Shown: one piece after another, positions 1-12,444 of the stretch
Numbering within the stretch: position 1 is the stretch's first letter
How the letters are laid out: each line of letters opens with the position of its first letter
Assembly: GCF_004010195.1 (NCBI RefSeq)
Contig: NC_057753.1
Coordinates: 3,565,514 to 3,629,513, forward strand
Length of the DNA: 64,000 nt
DNA from: Chiloscyllium plagiosum
Lineage: Eukaryota
Direction of reading: 5' to 3'
The notes under the pieces: model-generated
The model's input: only the letters and a program-made list of their open reading frames with translations
Databases searched by the model: none
What the model was told of the DNA's origin: nothing
Position numbers and translations under genes: made by a program

Positions 1-670
1 GGTAAAGAACCCACCCCTAACATCTCCCCACCAAAGTCCTGTGCAGTTGCAACATCACTTCACGACTCTTGATTTCAATCCCTCTGCTAATGAACGCTAA
101 TACACCATAGGCCTTCTTACAAGCTCTATCCACCTGAGTGGCAACTTTCAAAGATCTATGAACATAGACCCCAAGATCCCTTTGTTCCTCCACCTTACTA
201 AGAACCCTACCTGAAGAAGGGCTTATGCCCGAAACGTCGATTCTCCTGTTCCCTGGATGCTGCCTGACATGCCGCGCTTTTCCAGCAACACATTTTCAGC
301 TAAGAACCCTACCGTTAACCCTGTATTCTGCATTCTTATTTGTCTTTCCAAAATGGACAACTTCACACTTGGCAGGGTTGAACTCCATCTGCCACTCTTC
401 AGCCCAGCTCTGCATCATATCTAAGTCTCTTTGCAGCCGACAAGAGCCCTCCTCACTATCCACAACTCCACCAATCTTCGTATCATCTGCAAATTTACTG
501 ACCCACCCTTCGACTCCCTCATCCAAGTCATTAATAAAAATTACGAACAGCAGAGGACCCAGAACTGATCCCTGCGGAACTCCACTTGTAACTGGGCTCC
601 AGGCTGAGTATTTACCATCTACCACCACTCTCTGACTTCGACCGGTTAGCCAGTTTTCTAACCATGGATG
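1..670 (-). mobile_element. CR1-clade LINE (HER1-like) ORF2 reverse transcriptase fragment
   Basis: Minus ORF 296-697 has WLTGRSQRVVVDG..SGVPQGSVLGPLLF..INDLD..SKFADDTKIGG..WQMEFNPAKCEVVHFG, typical CR1 RT motifs. Interrupted by a short insertion at 212-299. Confidence 0.93.
211..299 (+). mobile_element. Short Penelope-type element carrying a minimal hammerhead ribozyme core, inserted in CR1
   Basis: Flanked by a 14-bp direct repeat ctaagaaccctacc (198-211 and 300-313). Begins CTGAAGA-A-GGGC-ttat-GCCC-GAAA-CG-TC (211-238). Confidence 0.75.
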
Positions 671-689
671 TGGCGAAATTGAACGAGAG

Positions 690-2490
690 AGATTCAATTT
701 AATTGGCTCAGCATTTTACATTTAGAAAACGGCTGCCAGAGTGAAATTCTAATTAAATGCCCAGAAGATGATAAAGTCACCTTGCATGTTGACTGGGAAG
801 AAATTCTACAAATCTGTGAGGCCTGTTCAATGCCCCTTGCCTTAAATGCAAAGTAGACGCAGAAATCTGGAGGTTCGGAAGCGAAGGAATCATACCACCA
901 GGCGAACTTGCAAAATATACACCAAAGGTTGTCACAATTCTGATGCCGTTTGTGTGGATTTCTCCAAATAAGGTGCAGCCATAGGAGGTTTAAAACAGCC
1001 GTGTGTTCCAGGCACCCCATGTCACCGACTTGGGCTACAGAGTCAAAAGAGGCAGGATACAACAGTATGGAAGATAAAATGAGAGCAATTACATGTACTC
1101 TGGCTTCCATGTGTCTTGAAGCTTCGTCTTTGCTTGAATTGGTGAATTATTACCAGAAATAATCTCGCCTTAATCCTGGTAAACTTGCATTTGTCATTGA
1201 AATATGTCAGCCTTGGAAATGGACTCGTAACTAAAATGTAACCTTCATCGAAGTGAAGAAGCAGTACCGTTGGCATGATACATCCCAAGTGAGATGCAGT
1301 GCTGACATGCGATGCCTCCTCATACCGCATCAGCATTGTGTTGGCTCACCAATGCCGAGAGGAGAGGGAAGCCCCATTGAATATGCTTCCCAGACTTTGA
1401 CTGATGCCAAATGAAACTACACCCAGGTAATGGAGGAGGGTTGCCATTCATTTTTGCTGTGGGAATGTTCCACCAAAACCTTTAAGGATGTCAATTTGCA
1501 ATAGTAACATACCAGAAGACCCTGCTTCGGCTATATAAAGAGTACAGAGCATGGCGATCCACAGCATCTGTTCGAATGTGCCAACAAGGACACATATTAT
1601 GGCCAGCACCTCTAACACCTCCGTGGGAATGCCAGGAAGAGTGGACTTGGTTACATGTTGAGTCCGCAGGTCCATTCATGGACTCAATGTTCTCAGTCGT
1701 TGTAGATGTCCGTTCAAAGTGATTGGAAGTGCATTAACTTCATTCCTCAAATACGGGGACGACATTTGAAAATCTGTGAGCATCTTTTGAAATCAGCGGA
1801 TGCATGGTCACAGACAGGAGTCATCATTTACCAGCAGGGAATTCCAATATTTTCTTTTGTCGAATAACAGTTATATAACATCAATCTTTCAATGGTCTGT
1901 TGGTGACAGCGGTCCAAACTTTAAAGGGATGCTAAAAGAAAATGCTGAAAGCCTCAGTTGGTACAAAACAGTCCCAGCCAAGTTCGGAAATGCAGTTCTG
2001 AATAAGCATTTGGACCACATGGAAGCTGAAACTTCGGAAATGGGTTAAAAAAATACCCGAACCCTCTGAACTAGCAACAAGGAAGTCAGAATCCATGTGT
2101 TCTCCTCCATTGCATCGCGCTGAAGACACATCTGAAGAAGAGATGGACATGGCAGCTGTTACAGCTCAACATCTTTACCGCCTCAAGGAAGTGGATCTTT
2201 TCCGACACTCCAGGATTAAGGGTCGGACTAGAGTCCGATTCACACCTCAAGTAGTCCGAGGCAGAGTGGGAGGAAATGAACCCTGTGCAAAAACGCGCCA
2301 GGAGAGGCTACAGGAAACAGAATTGGGGTCAAGATTAGAGTGGTTCTGGAAAAGCACAGCAGGTCAGGCAGCTTCCGAGGAGCTGGAAAATCGTCGTTTC
2401 TGGCAAAAACCCTTAATTCCTGAAGGGCTTCAGTCCTCACTTTCGTCTGGGAAACAGAATGGGCCCATGTCTCATCACTTAGAGAGGGAA
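690..2490 (+). mobile_element. Degenerate Ty3/Gypsy LTR retrotransposon pol remnant (RNase H and integrase)
   Basis: About 1300-1410 reads LTCDASSY.I.IVLAH..PIEYASQTLTDA (RNase H). About 1620-1860 reads PWE..LHV..AGPFM.SMF..VVD..SK.LEV...FTSREF (rve integrase). Many stops and frameshifts. Confidence 0.8.
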
Positions 2491-2494
2491 TGAA

Positions 2495-2710
2495 TGCGTT
2501 GATTGGAATGAGGTAGCCATGTCATATAATATGAATTACCTGATCAGAGCTGTTAACCTCGTCCAAAAAGGGACCTCAGACTCACATATAAACAGCAGTG
2601 TCAGGGCTTCTATTCACGCTCAGAGCTCGCTGGATCATTGCTCCGTACTGCGCACATGTAAATAAATGCTGACTTGGTGACGCAATAGCTGGCTTTGTGG
2701 AGCAAGTTCG
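2495..2710 (+). mobile_element. Probable 3' LTR of the Gypsy remnant
   Basis: Purine tract ttagagagggaa just upstream. Contains TATA-like catataaa (about 2585) and AATAAA (about 2661). Its end (gacttggtgac...) recurs at about 37980-38025. Confidence 0.55.
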
Positions 2711-3091
2711 GCCTTCATGTCAGCCATATCCACTCTTCCTGCTTATGCATGTATCTATAAAGATGCATCTTAAAATCTCAAATCCATTTATTAGTACATT
2801 TCATAATACAAATGCTGAGCTGGCCTTTGCAGCTGAAATCAAACGTCCGAAGTAGAATCATCTCAAGGCAAAATATCTGTGCAATACTAGCCCTATGTAT
2901 GACAAATGCAGTTACTTTGTAATGGACTTGTCAACACTGAATACAACCTTGCAGCACATCAAACTTCACATCACTGTTTTGAACAAAGGTTTGCATGTCA
3001 AATCTTCTTTAAAAATCCTAGAAAATGGGAAAGCTGATTCTGATCAGAACCTCAAATGAGCTGATTGTGACTTACTCTACCTTTCTTAAAG

Positions 3092-3955
3092 CTAATCTAG
3101 CAGTGATTGCAATTCTGTCTCGAAGAGCGTATGGTCTATCTGGATGCATTGCGTACTACCTGGTGTCAATTGCAGTGGTCATGGTCACAGCTGTGATTTT
3201 AAATATGCCTGCTGGGATTTATTTGCCATCCAGTTTCCTTTTTATCACACCAGTGTGCAATTTCTGTGCTGCATTAAATATGGCAATTATTGACATCTTT
3301 GCCTGGTTAAAAGACGCTTTTACGTTTGTGGCTGTACCTTGCCAGAACCTGAAAGTAATATATTGCACCAAAAAGGCGACAGCGTGTGTGATAGGAGTAG
3401 TGTCTACTCTGTGCTGAATGATAACATTTTCATCTCGTAGAATTTGAACCAAGATATGTATTTAACAACATACCCTGTAGCATAAAGAATATATGTTATA
3501 CATCATCTGCTTGAGCTGCATATGACAGGATCTGTTCTATGTTAAGTCTGTGTTTCCCCTTCATTCTAATTTTACGACTAAACGTGCTGACTGTGAGACA
3601 CATTGCCTTGGCCAATAAAGCCCGTAGGACACTCCAGCTTCAGAACAATGGAGAGATTCAGTATGACCCAGAGATGGAGAAGCAGAAAAAGTCCATTATT
3701 GCCATCACGGGCAGTTTCACGGGATATTTTTCCTAAATATTCTCTATGTTCAAACTGTGAATATTACTTATTCCTCAGGATTCACTTTGCGTAATTCCAC
3801 ATTTTATTTGAAAAAAAAACCCGGATATATGCTTCAGCTATTGAGTTCTTGCATCAACCCACTTATATATGCTGTGATGCAGAGCAAAATTAAACATGAA
3901 TGAAGAATGGAGTGACATTTGGTTTGAACTTATTCATTAAATGTTCAAAGATTGA
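3092..3955 (+). pseudogene. GPR139-like GPCR pseudogene (psi1, paralog of gene B), exon 2 only
   Basis: Aligns to 40851-41761. A 12-nt deletion removes TM2 TDLL, a 9-nt deletion removes FDR of the DRF motif, there is a TGA at 3415-3417 and later frameshifts. SSCINPLIYAV still readable at about 3845-3880. Confidence 0.92.
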
Positions 3956-4611
3956 TAAGTGGATGGCAAAAATAATTGGTAAACAATAGGGCAGCATATA
4001 CTTGTTTTGACACATAGCTTCAAATAAGGGGATTTTCAGACATTGCCTAAAGTGTCAATTCAGAAATTCACGATGAATGTTGTATGACTATAAAAAGCCA
4101 GTTTGCTTGCAGTTAATTTCCATTCTTTAGTCCCAACATATTCAGGGTTTTTCCAGAACGCTGTTGATGCGAGCTGAATTCAAAATGCAAGTCAGTTAGG
4201 AACGATTGTTAGCAACTATTATTGCGCATTTGTTCCTGTCAGGTGACTGTTGCAAACAGGTGCAGCTATTTTTGCTCACTCCTAATGACCATCTCCAACC
4301 AGAAACATATGTACAATTCTGGCCATCTCTACGACGCCTTTGTCCAGAACTGCACAAGTCATTGAATCTAGGTCCAATATTCACAGACCACCGGAGCAGC
4401 AGCTATACCTTCGGTCGTGTTGATGAATCAAGAGTCCTGCCATCACTCTGATACTGAGCATCACGCGATATCCCTTTACATTTCAAATAATAGTAATACT
4501 CGTTTGTCATTACCCTTGTTGTCTGCTCAAATATGACTGAAACAGAGATGTAGACAAGAAAGCAGAAGTAGATTATTCTTCATATCAAGCCCACCATACC
4601 TTTCGTTTTGT

Positions 4612-4935
4612 AAGAATCCCTACAGTGTGGACGCATTCCATTTGGAACATTGAGTCAACACCTATCTTTCAAAGAGCATCCCACCCAAACTCATCGCATC
4701 CCCATGGCCAAGCCACCTAAGCCAAACAGAATTGGACACTATAGGCAATTCAGAATGGCCAAACCACCTAACATCTTTGCACTGAGGGAGTAAGCTGGAG
4801 CACCCAGAGAAAACCCACACAGACAGGGTGAGATTTTGTGAGCTCCATATCGACAGTCGCCCAAGTTTGGATTCAAACTCATGTTCCTGGTGCTGTAAAG
4901 CAGCAGTTTTATCCAGCGAGGAACCGAGACTCCAA
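4612..4935 (-). mobile_element. Degenerate HE1-like V-SINE
   Basis: Reverse complement contains the V-SINE core (gtgtgggttttctctgggtgctccagc) and a tRNA-derived head. Confidence 0.75.
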
Positions 4936-5700
4936 GCATGTTTGTGGCTGCGCATCTACCCTATTCTCTCTCTCACCACCTACCCTTTGATCCCTTTGGA
5001 TCTAACAATTATTTCTGATTCCTTCTTCAAACATTCACGGTTTTGGTGTCAACCACATTCAATAGCAAAGAATTATACAGGCCTACCAGCTCTCTGAGTG
5101 ACAAAAGTTCTCCTCACCTCAGTCCTAACCGGCGTGCTCTGTATACCTGTTGGTAATCCCTCTTTCTGGGCTCCTCAGTCATTTGGAACATCCTTCAGGA
5201 ATGTACCTTGTCTAGTCGTAGAGAGGAAGTGAGGACTGCAGATGCTGGAGATCACAGTCGAGAGTATGGTGCGGAAAAATCCAGCCAGTTAGGCAGCAAC
5301 CGAGGTGCAAGAGAATCGATGTTCGGGCATAAGGCCTTCATCAGGATTGAGGTCTCAATCCTAGAATGCTGCCTGACTGGCTTTGTTTTTCCAGCAATAC
5401 ACCGTCAACCCTGTCTAGTCATGCTTGATTTTCATTAGTTTCCATGAGATTGCACACTATCCCCGAATTCTTCTAAAAGCCAGACAGGATCCAATGCATC
5501 CAATCTCTGTTCGTACGTCAGTTCTCCAGTACTAAGAATTGTTAAACCCACCATTAAGCCAGAGCACCGTTCCTCAGATAAGGAAATCAAAACGGCACCA
5601 GCACGACAGCAGCAAGACATTTTGTTCCTGAAGTCGAATCCTTTCACTATGAAGGCCACTGTAACATTCTTCACTTTGCATCTGCTTGCTTCCATTCAGC
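4935..5700 (-). mobile_element. Old CR1 3' fragment
   Basis: Minus-strand remnants such as FIVKGFDFRNK and LTYEQRLDAL. The same fragment sits at the paralogous position near 42640-43310. Confidence 0.6.
5218..5411 (-). mobile_element. Short Penelope-type element with degenerate hammerhead and partial inverted repeat
   Basis: Target-site duplication tgtctagtc (5209-5217 and 5412-5420). Minus strand at about 5318-5344 reads CTGATGAAGGCCTTATGCCCGAACATC. Same family as 211-299. Confidence 0.65.
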
Positions 5701-6609
5701 CATTAGAACAAATACCTCTTTTCGAGAAAAAAAATCAAGTGACTAAAATAGGACAGGTAGAATCAGCTAGCTAAATTCTTTAATTTGGGCTACTTAATTC
5801 TCTCATCTGACTTTATAACGACAAACTGAACATTGGATATATATTAAATTGAGTTACCAGTTTGAATCAAATTTCCAAAAGTAGTCAATCACCAATTCAC
5901 TCGCGTTGATTACACTTTGCTGAGGTTTCACTCTGCTGAGGTCAGCAGTGATGCATTTGTCCACAATGACTCTCCCACTCATGGAATGCATAAATGCTCT
6001 TGCAAGTTTCGTGAGTGGAAGTTGATTCGCCTACGTTTGTAGATATCAGGGTTGTTCTCCTCTGATTCTGGTTCACAGAGAGTTTTGAAAAAAAATCAAA
6101 AGGCGGGAAATTGGTATTCTTGTTTTCTTTGTTTCCAATTTCCCACCCTGATAACTGGCAATGTCTTCCAATATCTCACTGCAATTCTCCAACATGTATC
6201 ATATCCAAGCCTGGAGCTTTGTGGTGAGACTCGGGAGGCTGGGTTTGCTGTCTAGCAGGAAGTCACCACTGTCGACGCCGGTCAGTCTGAGTGAAAACGT
6301 GTGGTGCTGGAAAAATCACAGCAGGTCAGGCAGCATCCAAGGAGCAGGAGAGTAGACGTATACAAAATGGCCCAGGGTGAAAAAAAGCTTTATGAGAAGA
6401 CTTAAACGCCTTCGAGTTCCAACACGTCCTTTCGTAATTCCTCCAACTGTAAAACAAATGATTACAGAGGTATTGGGGGCATCCGAAGTAGCAGAGTAAA
6501 TAGAAACGTAGTTGAGAGTAGTGCTGAATCTTTAAAGCGAAACAAGTTAATTGGAAAGGACAGACAAGAGCAAGACTGAGAAAAAAAAAATAATTCTGAA
6601 GAATTAAAT

Positions 6610-7055
6610 TGCAACGTCATAGGGACGTCATAGTTAGTACAGAAATTTGGCTGCGGTCCAGGTGTGATGCAACTGGTCAAACACTCGGATTTAAGCAAAA
6701 CAGAATTTACTTAAGCACTACAGTTGAAAAATGAACAAAAGACAGCGGAATTTAGAATAAGTTTACAATTGAATGACTTAACTAATCAACTGTTCCAGTA
6801 TAATAATATCCCGTAGACATGCCCCTTGTTTTTTTTTAAAATGATCAATTCATATCCAGATTCTTACAGGCAGGAGGGAACAACAGTTAGGAATCATTTA
6901 CTGAAGCTTGCAGATTTCTGGATTCTGACATCTTGTGATTGTTACAGCTATCGAAAATTAGAGACTGAGAAAGCTGGCTACTCTCTTTTCATTGTTAAAC
7001 TGGTTAAAAAAACAGCATGAACTCAGCCTGGCTCCCTAGCCACTTTAGATTTATA

Positions 7056-7087
<32 letters not shown>

Positions 7088-7250
7088 ATATATATATATA
7101 TATCTTTCAAAACAATTACTCAGGTATCGCTCTCTTTTTATCATTATATCTCATAAGCGAACCCTGCAGATACTTTATTGCTCAGAGTAAACAGCAAAAA
7201 GGTCATGTTTTTACAATAATTTTAAAAGAGACAAAGAATCATGATGACGG
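6610..7250. mobile_element. Possible solo LTR
   Basis: Non-coding block resembling LTR-type repeats, with an internal (TA)n. No family assignment is possible by eye. Confidence 0.3.
7051..7102. repeat. (TA)n microsatellite
   Basis: Direct reading: tatatatatat...tatata. Confidence 0.95.
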
Positions 7251-7409
7251 CGTGGTTTCAAGCATTACCAATTTTCGCTGGTTCGTCTTTCTGACAAAAC
7301 AAAAATTCTCGAAAGCAATTTGGTAAATAACGCTTGAATTTCTTTTTCTGAAATTATTCCCAAATTTGAAACTGACCACAGTTTAGGCATGTTTCCCTTT
7401 TATACGGCC

Positions 7410-7935
7410 TCTGCACTGTTGTGCCAACACCAGTGTACTTGAAAGGCTAATAACCCCAGCATTGAGATACTGGCTACCCTTGATTGGCTACGATGGACTG
7501 GGCACATGGTCCGCAGGGCCAACATGAGACTCCCCAAGCAAGTGCTCTACTCCCAGCTTCCCAAATGGCAGGCGATCTCTTGGTGGAAAGAGGAAGGGCT
7601 TCAGTGATACCATCAAATCCCCATTCGCAAAATTTGGCATTTCTCCAGACAGCTCAGAATCATTCGCCTAGCACGGTCCAATTTGGAGGAGGAGCATCCG
7701 GGAAGCTGTCGAGCACCTCGACACTTGCCATGAAGAGTAAGTGTGAGCATGGTGCAAACAGTGACATGAGGGTCCTGTCACACCAATGCACACCCTTACA
7801 TTCCCGGGACCATCACTTGCCCCAAGAGTAACAGCAACTGCGGTAGCTGCATCGGTTTGGAGAGACATCTCCATACTTACCCTAAGACTGGAAGACAGTC
7901 AGCCTTGTCTGCAGGTGACTTCCGATGAAGATGAC
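7410..7935 (+). mobile_element. RTE-clade LINE 3' fragment
   Basis: Translates as SIEIL..LRWTGHMVR...RLPKQVLYSQL..GRRS.GG.RK.FSDTIK, the C-terminal signature of RTE ORFs. Confidence 0.75.
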
Positions 7936-9059
7936 ATTGAGCTGAAAGGTTTCCTTAGTTGCCACCTATTTATTCACAACAATTTATTCAATTTTCTCCT
8001 TCCCGATACAAAGTAAAAGAACCTAGAATGTTTCAATCGATTCTTATCATTAAAATCGGAACATTTAATTTTATTTTATCGTTTAAAATTCAAATGAATT
8101 TCCCTATTGCATTCTTGAATTAACCACTTGCATCAATTACTTCTATCAGTCCCAATTTGACAAACAATTACATCCACGCTTAGTGATTTTAAGTAATACT
8201 TTTATATTGGTGATTCAAGTGAAAGTAATCAGTTCCTCGTTCCCCTATCTTCAAACCATTTATCTTCACAGGATTTCGAACTCTCCAGTTGTGCCTTTGA
8301 AAACCTGTCCAAAAACAACAACTAAGCAAAATCCAGTGTGGTTCAGGAAGAGGTCCAGCTTAATAAAGTCCACACAACATAGATGGTTTTTGAGATGATT
8401 TAGAACTGCCAACAGTAAGAGTTAACTCTGCTAGTCTTGGAAGGTGCAGAGCTCAAGTGAACAGGTGACGTTATTTCATAAATACGTCCAATGTTTCTTT
8501 TTAAACTCGACAGAACATCTTTTAATCGTCTCAAACTGGCATGCCAAGTTTCTATTCTATTAAAGAAAACATATTTTAGATCTTTCTTCTGAAATCACCT
8601 TCAAAAAGAAATTCAAGGAACACTCACACAACATTACCTAGACTAAATAAAAGCCAAAAAAAACCAAAAAAAAAACCCCTGCAAATGCTGGCAATCAGAA
8701 ACGAAAACTGAAATCTCTGGAAAAGCTTTACAGTTCTGGAACCTGTTGAGGGAAATCAGGGTTAACGTTTTCAGTCCAGTCACTCTTCCACAGAACTGAT
8801 GGTAGCTAGGAAATAGTTGGGGTTCTTAAAGAAAACGTTTTCTACGATAATATTTGTCTTTCGAACTTTGGTGTTCAAATTGGACATCTTCTAAAAAGGT
8901 TTATTTATCTTTTGAGAACAGGCCAAACCATTCTTTTCACAACTTCTTTCTTCAGCGATTTAGAAAAAAAGCAATTTGGTAAATTATGCTTGAATTTCTT
9001 CTTTTTAAAAAACTTGTCAACGTCTTGAACTTATGATGTTTTTGGACAAATCTTTGTTT

Positions 9060-11720
9060 ATATATTGATTTCAGTCGAATGCAAGGGATATATTCACTCT
9101 AACTGGTAGAGGGGCTCTCTGTGAATACTTCCGAATTTTCACAGCGGGCTCACTAGCTTCACTGCTCGGTCACTTCCCTAATTGTGCCTAGGGGTCCTGC
9201 ACTTTTCCAAACATATTCTGGCCCCTGTGTGACATTGCATACTGTCTTTGTCTCACTGCACAGAGATGGAACAGTGGAGGGAAATGAGTTCAGCTACATT
9301 CTTAAGGTCACTTAACTTATCATCCAAGATACCAGTCCTGCTGCATTGTTCATTGATTTCTGTCGCGTGTGTTTTGATTTTTAGTACATCAGATAAGTCT
9401 ATTTCATTATCCATTTCAGCATTCGAACATGCTGATTCTCGTTGTGTATTAATGACCCTCCAGTATAGTGTTACCAGACTGTGTGGCCGCAGGTTTCCAG
9501 GAGCCCCACTTGTCACGTTCCTCATGGAGACCTCAGAGTCCCAGCACCGTCCCTAGTCAGTGGGATTGCTCACTCATCATACATCATACTCATCTCGTCC
9601 AATATAGGCTGAATATGTACAGCTTCATTAGCAGTAGATTTATTATTTTTGTACCTTTATCTGATTATACTTCTCTGACTTTTTACTGTTCATTGGGCAT
9701 TGTTTCCTTCGGGGCATTATACTGCTTTCACAATGTCTACACAGGCATTCGTTTGCAATAATCTCTGTTCTTTCAACCCCAACACTTATAAGTGCAGCAA
9801 GCATATCTGACCTGTTGATCTTTTGTATTGGTTTGTTACTAGTTGACGGCTTTTCCCCCAGAACTTCCATCTGTGACACACTCACTTTTGCCTTTCCTGC
9901 TTCCATGTCCTTCAAATATCAAAGTTATCTCTTCCAAAAGACAACCATGCACTGGCCCCAATAAAGCTAACAAAGCAACTCACAAGAGAGGAGGTCCATG
10001 CTTCATTAGTCCACTTCTAATCCCTGCTATAATTACTTCCTGACCTGGCCCCTGAACACATATCATAATTTAATTTGTGTAGCCATTCCAGCACTCTAGT
10101 TATACCCTCCAGTTTCGTTCTCCAGGACAATAAGTCCACTTCGGAATCTATAGCTGATGGTTATGTCTCATCACCCTCTAAACGTACTGTCACAGTTGAA
10201 GTACCCTCGGTATTCCGATTTACATTGTTAATTTGAGGGGTCGTACTTAATTGCCACTTTTTAAAATGATTTCCACCGGATTTGTCTGAATATTAGCGGC
10301 TCCTTTATCACACAATCCCGTGTTACCCATATTATACCATAATGCATACGAGCAGATATTAGGCCATTTATCGTATCGACTTTGCTCCACCGCTCAATCA
10401 TTGCTGAAAGGTTTCTCAAAACCATTGTCCCACTTTCTCCCTGTAATGTTTCATCCTCTGACAATCAACCTATCTATTTCTGTCTTAAATGATACTAACG
10501 ATTCCTCGGGCTGCTGTCTCTTGCACATATCCTGTCAATCTGCTATTGAACAGTTTTGTGCTGGGTGCAAATGCCGGAGTATTTCTCTGTTGTTTTGCCT
10601 TTTCTGTTATTATGGGATGGGCAACCAATACGGGTACCCAGCCTATTATCATTTTCTTCCCCCTTACACCACTCATATCCTGAGACAATGAATGCAATAT
10701 GTCCCCACCTGAATGCCATATGTCCCCATCCACATTTGATGTTAATAGCCGGCACACTTTCAGTCTGTCAAACTAACACCCCGTGCAACTGCTGTTTTAT
10801 TTTTGTCTTGCACTGCCGCCTACCAACAAACAATTTGAATCTGCTTTTATTTCGCTGTCCTGTATTGTTTTAGTCACATCATTCAACATCACATTTTGAT
10901 TCTCTGACAGCGCCAACGCAGCCTTTAACATCTTACTCTCCTGTTCACACTCCATTAGAACACTATGTTCATATATCAAAGCAATGAATAAATTTCATGC
11001 ATCCATCCAAACAATTCCCATCTCCTTGGTGAAGCCCACTTCCACCAAACAGTCCTTCATCATCCTAGATGAGCGTTTCTGGCCAAACCTTCCTTTAAGA
11101 GAATTCACCATGACTGGGGAAGTGGGTTAGAAAATTTGCTAATGAACCAAAATCCTCATCATTAGTGTTCCACCCTATGATACAGATCATCTTCGTGGGT
11201 TGTTCTTCCTTTCTGAATATTTTGAACATCGCACCAAATCCTGCTGACTACGCCAAAATTGATTGATGGGAGTTTTGGTTGGATGTACTGAAATACCCAA
11301 CGATTTAAATTGTACTAATTCACAAATTTATTGTTACGTCTATGCATGTTAACCAGTGCTGATAATGTTAAGTGTTAAATTAATATCTGGTTCAGTAAGT
11401 TATACTGAACAATACCTTAAAAAAGTGAGTACACAAATAGAGTAATGAGTGTATATTTTAAAAAAAGACCCATCTTAGATATATTAGAAGCATGTGTAAA
11501 TTGCGGCGATGATCTCTGAGCTTAACCTACTTTAGATATGTTAAGACACGGGTGGGGAGGAGCACACAGGTTTCCAGTTGTCGGCTGTGATCTCAGTTTG
11601 AGGTGGAACCCTACAAGTGCTACTGAATCCTTGATATTGATAGAACTTTGGAGTACTTCCAATAGTCCCAATGGGCATATAAACATCCTTCAGTTGTCCA
11701 TGTCACGTGGTCCACCAACT
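9060..11720 (-). mobile_element. Probable degenerate endogenous retrovirus (class III, ERV-L/ERV-S-like) gag-pro remnant
   Basis: Minus strand, in order: ...CA-GT-TGGTGGACCACGTGAC (PBS-like, about 11702-11720); RSDMLAALISVGVERTEII (gag C-terminus-like); in-frame GAC TAG GGA at 9555-9553; GNLRPHSLVTLYWRVINTQR (pro N-terminus-like); RQRQY (RT start-like). No catalytic DTG seen. Confidence 0.45.
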
Positions 11721-12014
11721 GTCGAAACACTAAACACTGTCTTGCGCTAAACCTATAATTTTTCACTTGTCTTTACTTCCTCATTGTCACATCCAATTAA
11801 CACTTAATGATTAACACTTAATGGTCTTGTTTGAAGATGTAATTTTAAAACATCTACCACGATATTCATCCATAATCACAGAACACCCAAAGAAGGTACA
11901 AGAAAAAGAACAATTGCAGGACCAGATTCCAGCTATTCCTTTGTGAATAGTGACAACAGAAGTTGTTAAACAAGCTCAGTCAATAAGGGTTGATGTGACA
12001 CCATCAAGCAAGTT

Positions 12015-12444
12015 AAAGTGTAGTCATGGATTTCTAAAGGGTGAAGATAACCCAAGGTGAGTGTATAGCGTGATTTCAGTGCAAAAAAAAACGAATCCTA
12101 AATTTAAAAATTAGCGCAATCATATCGTATTGAGATCGAGGTCAAAGGAGTTCTGGAATACTCTTATCTTAAAACAGAGGCGCTAATGAGAAAGTGGTGA
12201 TATGGAGATATTTTCAGCGCATGACATTCCTATCAGGCAAAGTGTAGTCATGGATTTCTAAAGGTGAGTGTATAGCGTGATTTCAGTGCAAAAAAAACGA
12301 ATCCTAAATTTAAAAATTAGCGCAATCATATCGTATTGACATCGAGGTCAAAGGAGTTCTGGAATACTCTTATCTTAAAACAGAGGCGCTAATGAGAAAG
12401 TGGTGATATGGAGATATTTTCAGCGCATGACATTCCTATCAGGC
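12015..12444. repeat. Near-perfect tandem duplication (224 bp + 206 bp)
   Basis: 12015-12238 is repeated at 12239-12444 with a 17-bp deletion, one fewer A in an A-run and one G>C change. Confidence 0.95.
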
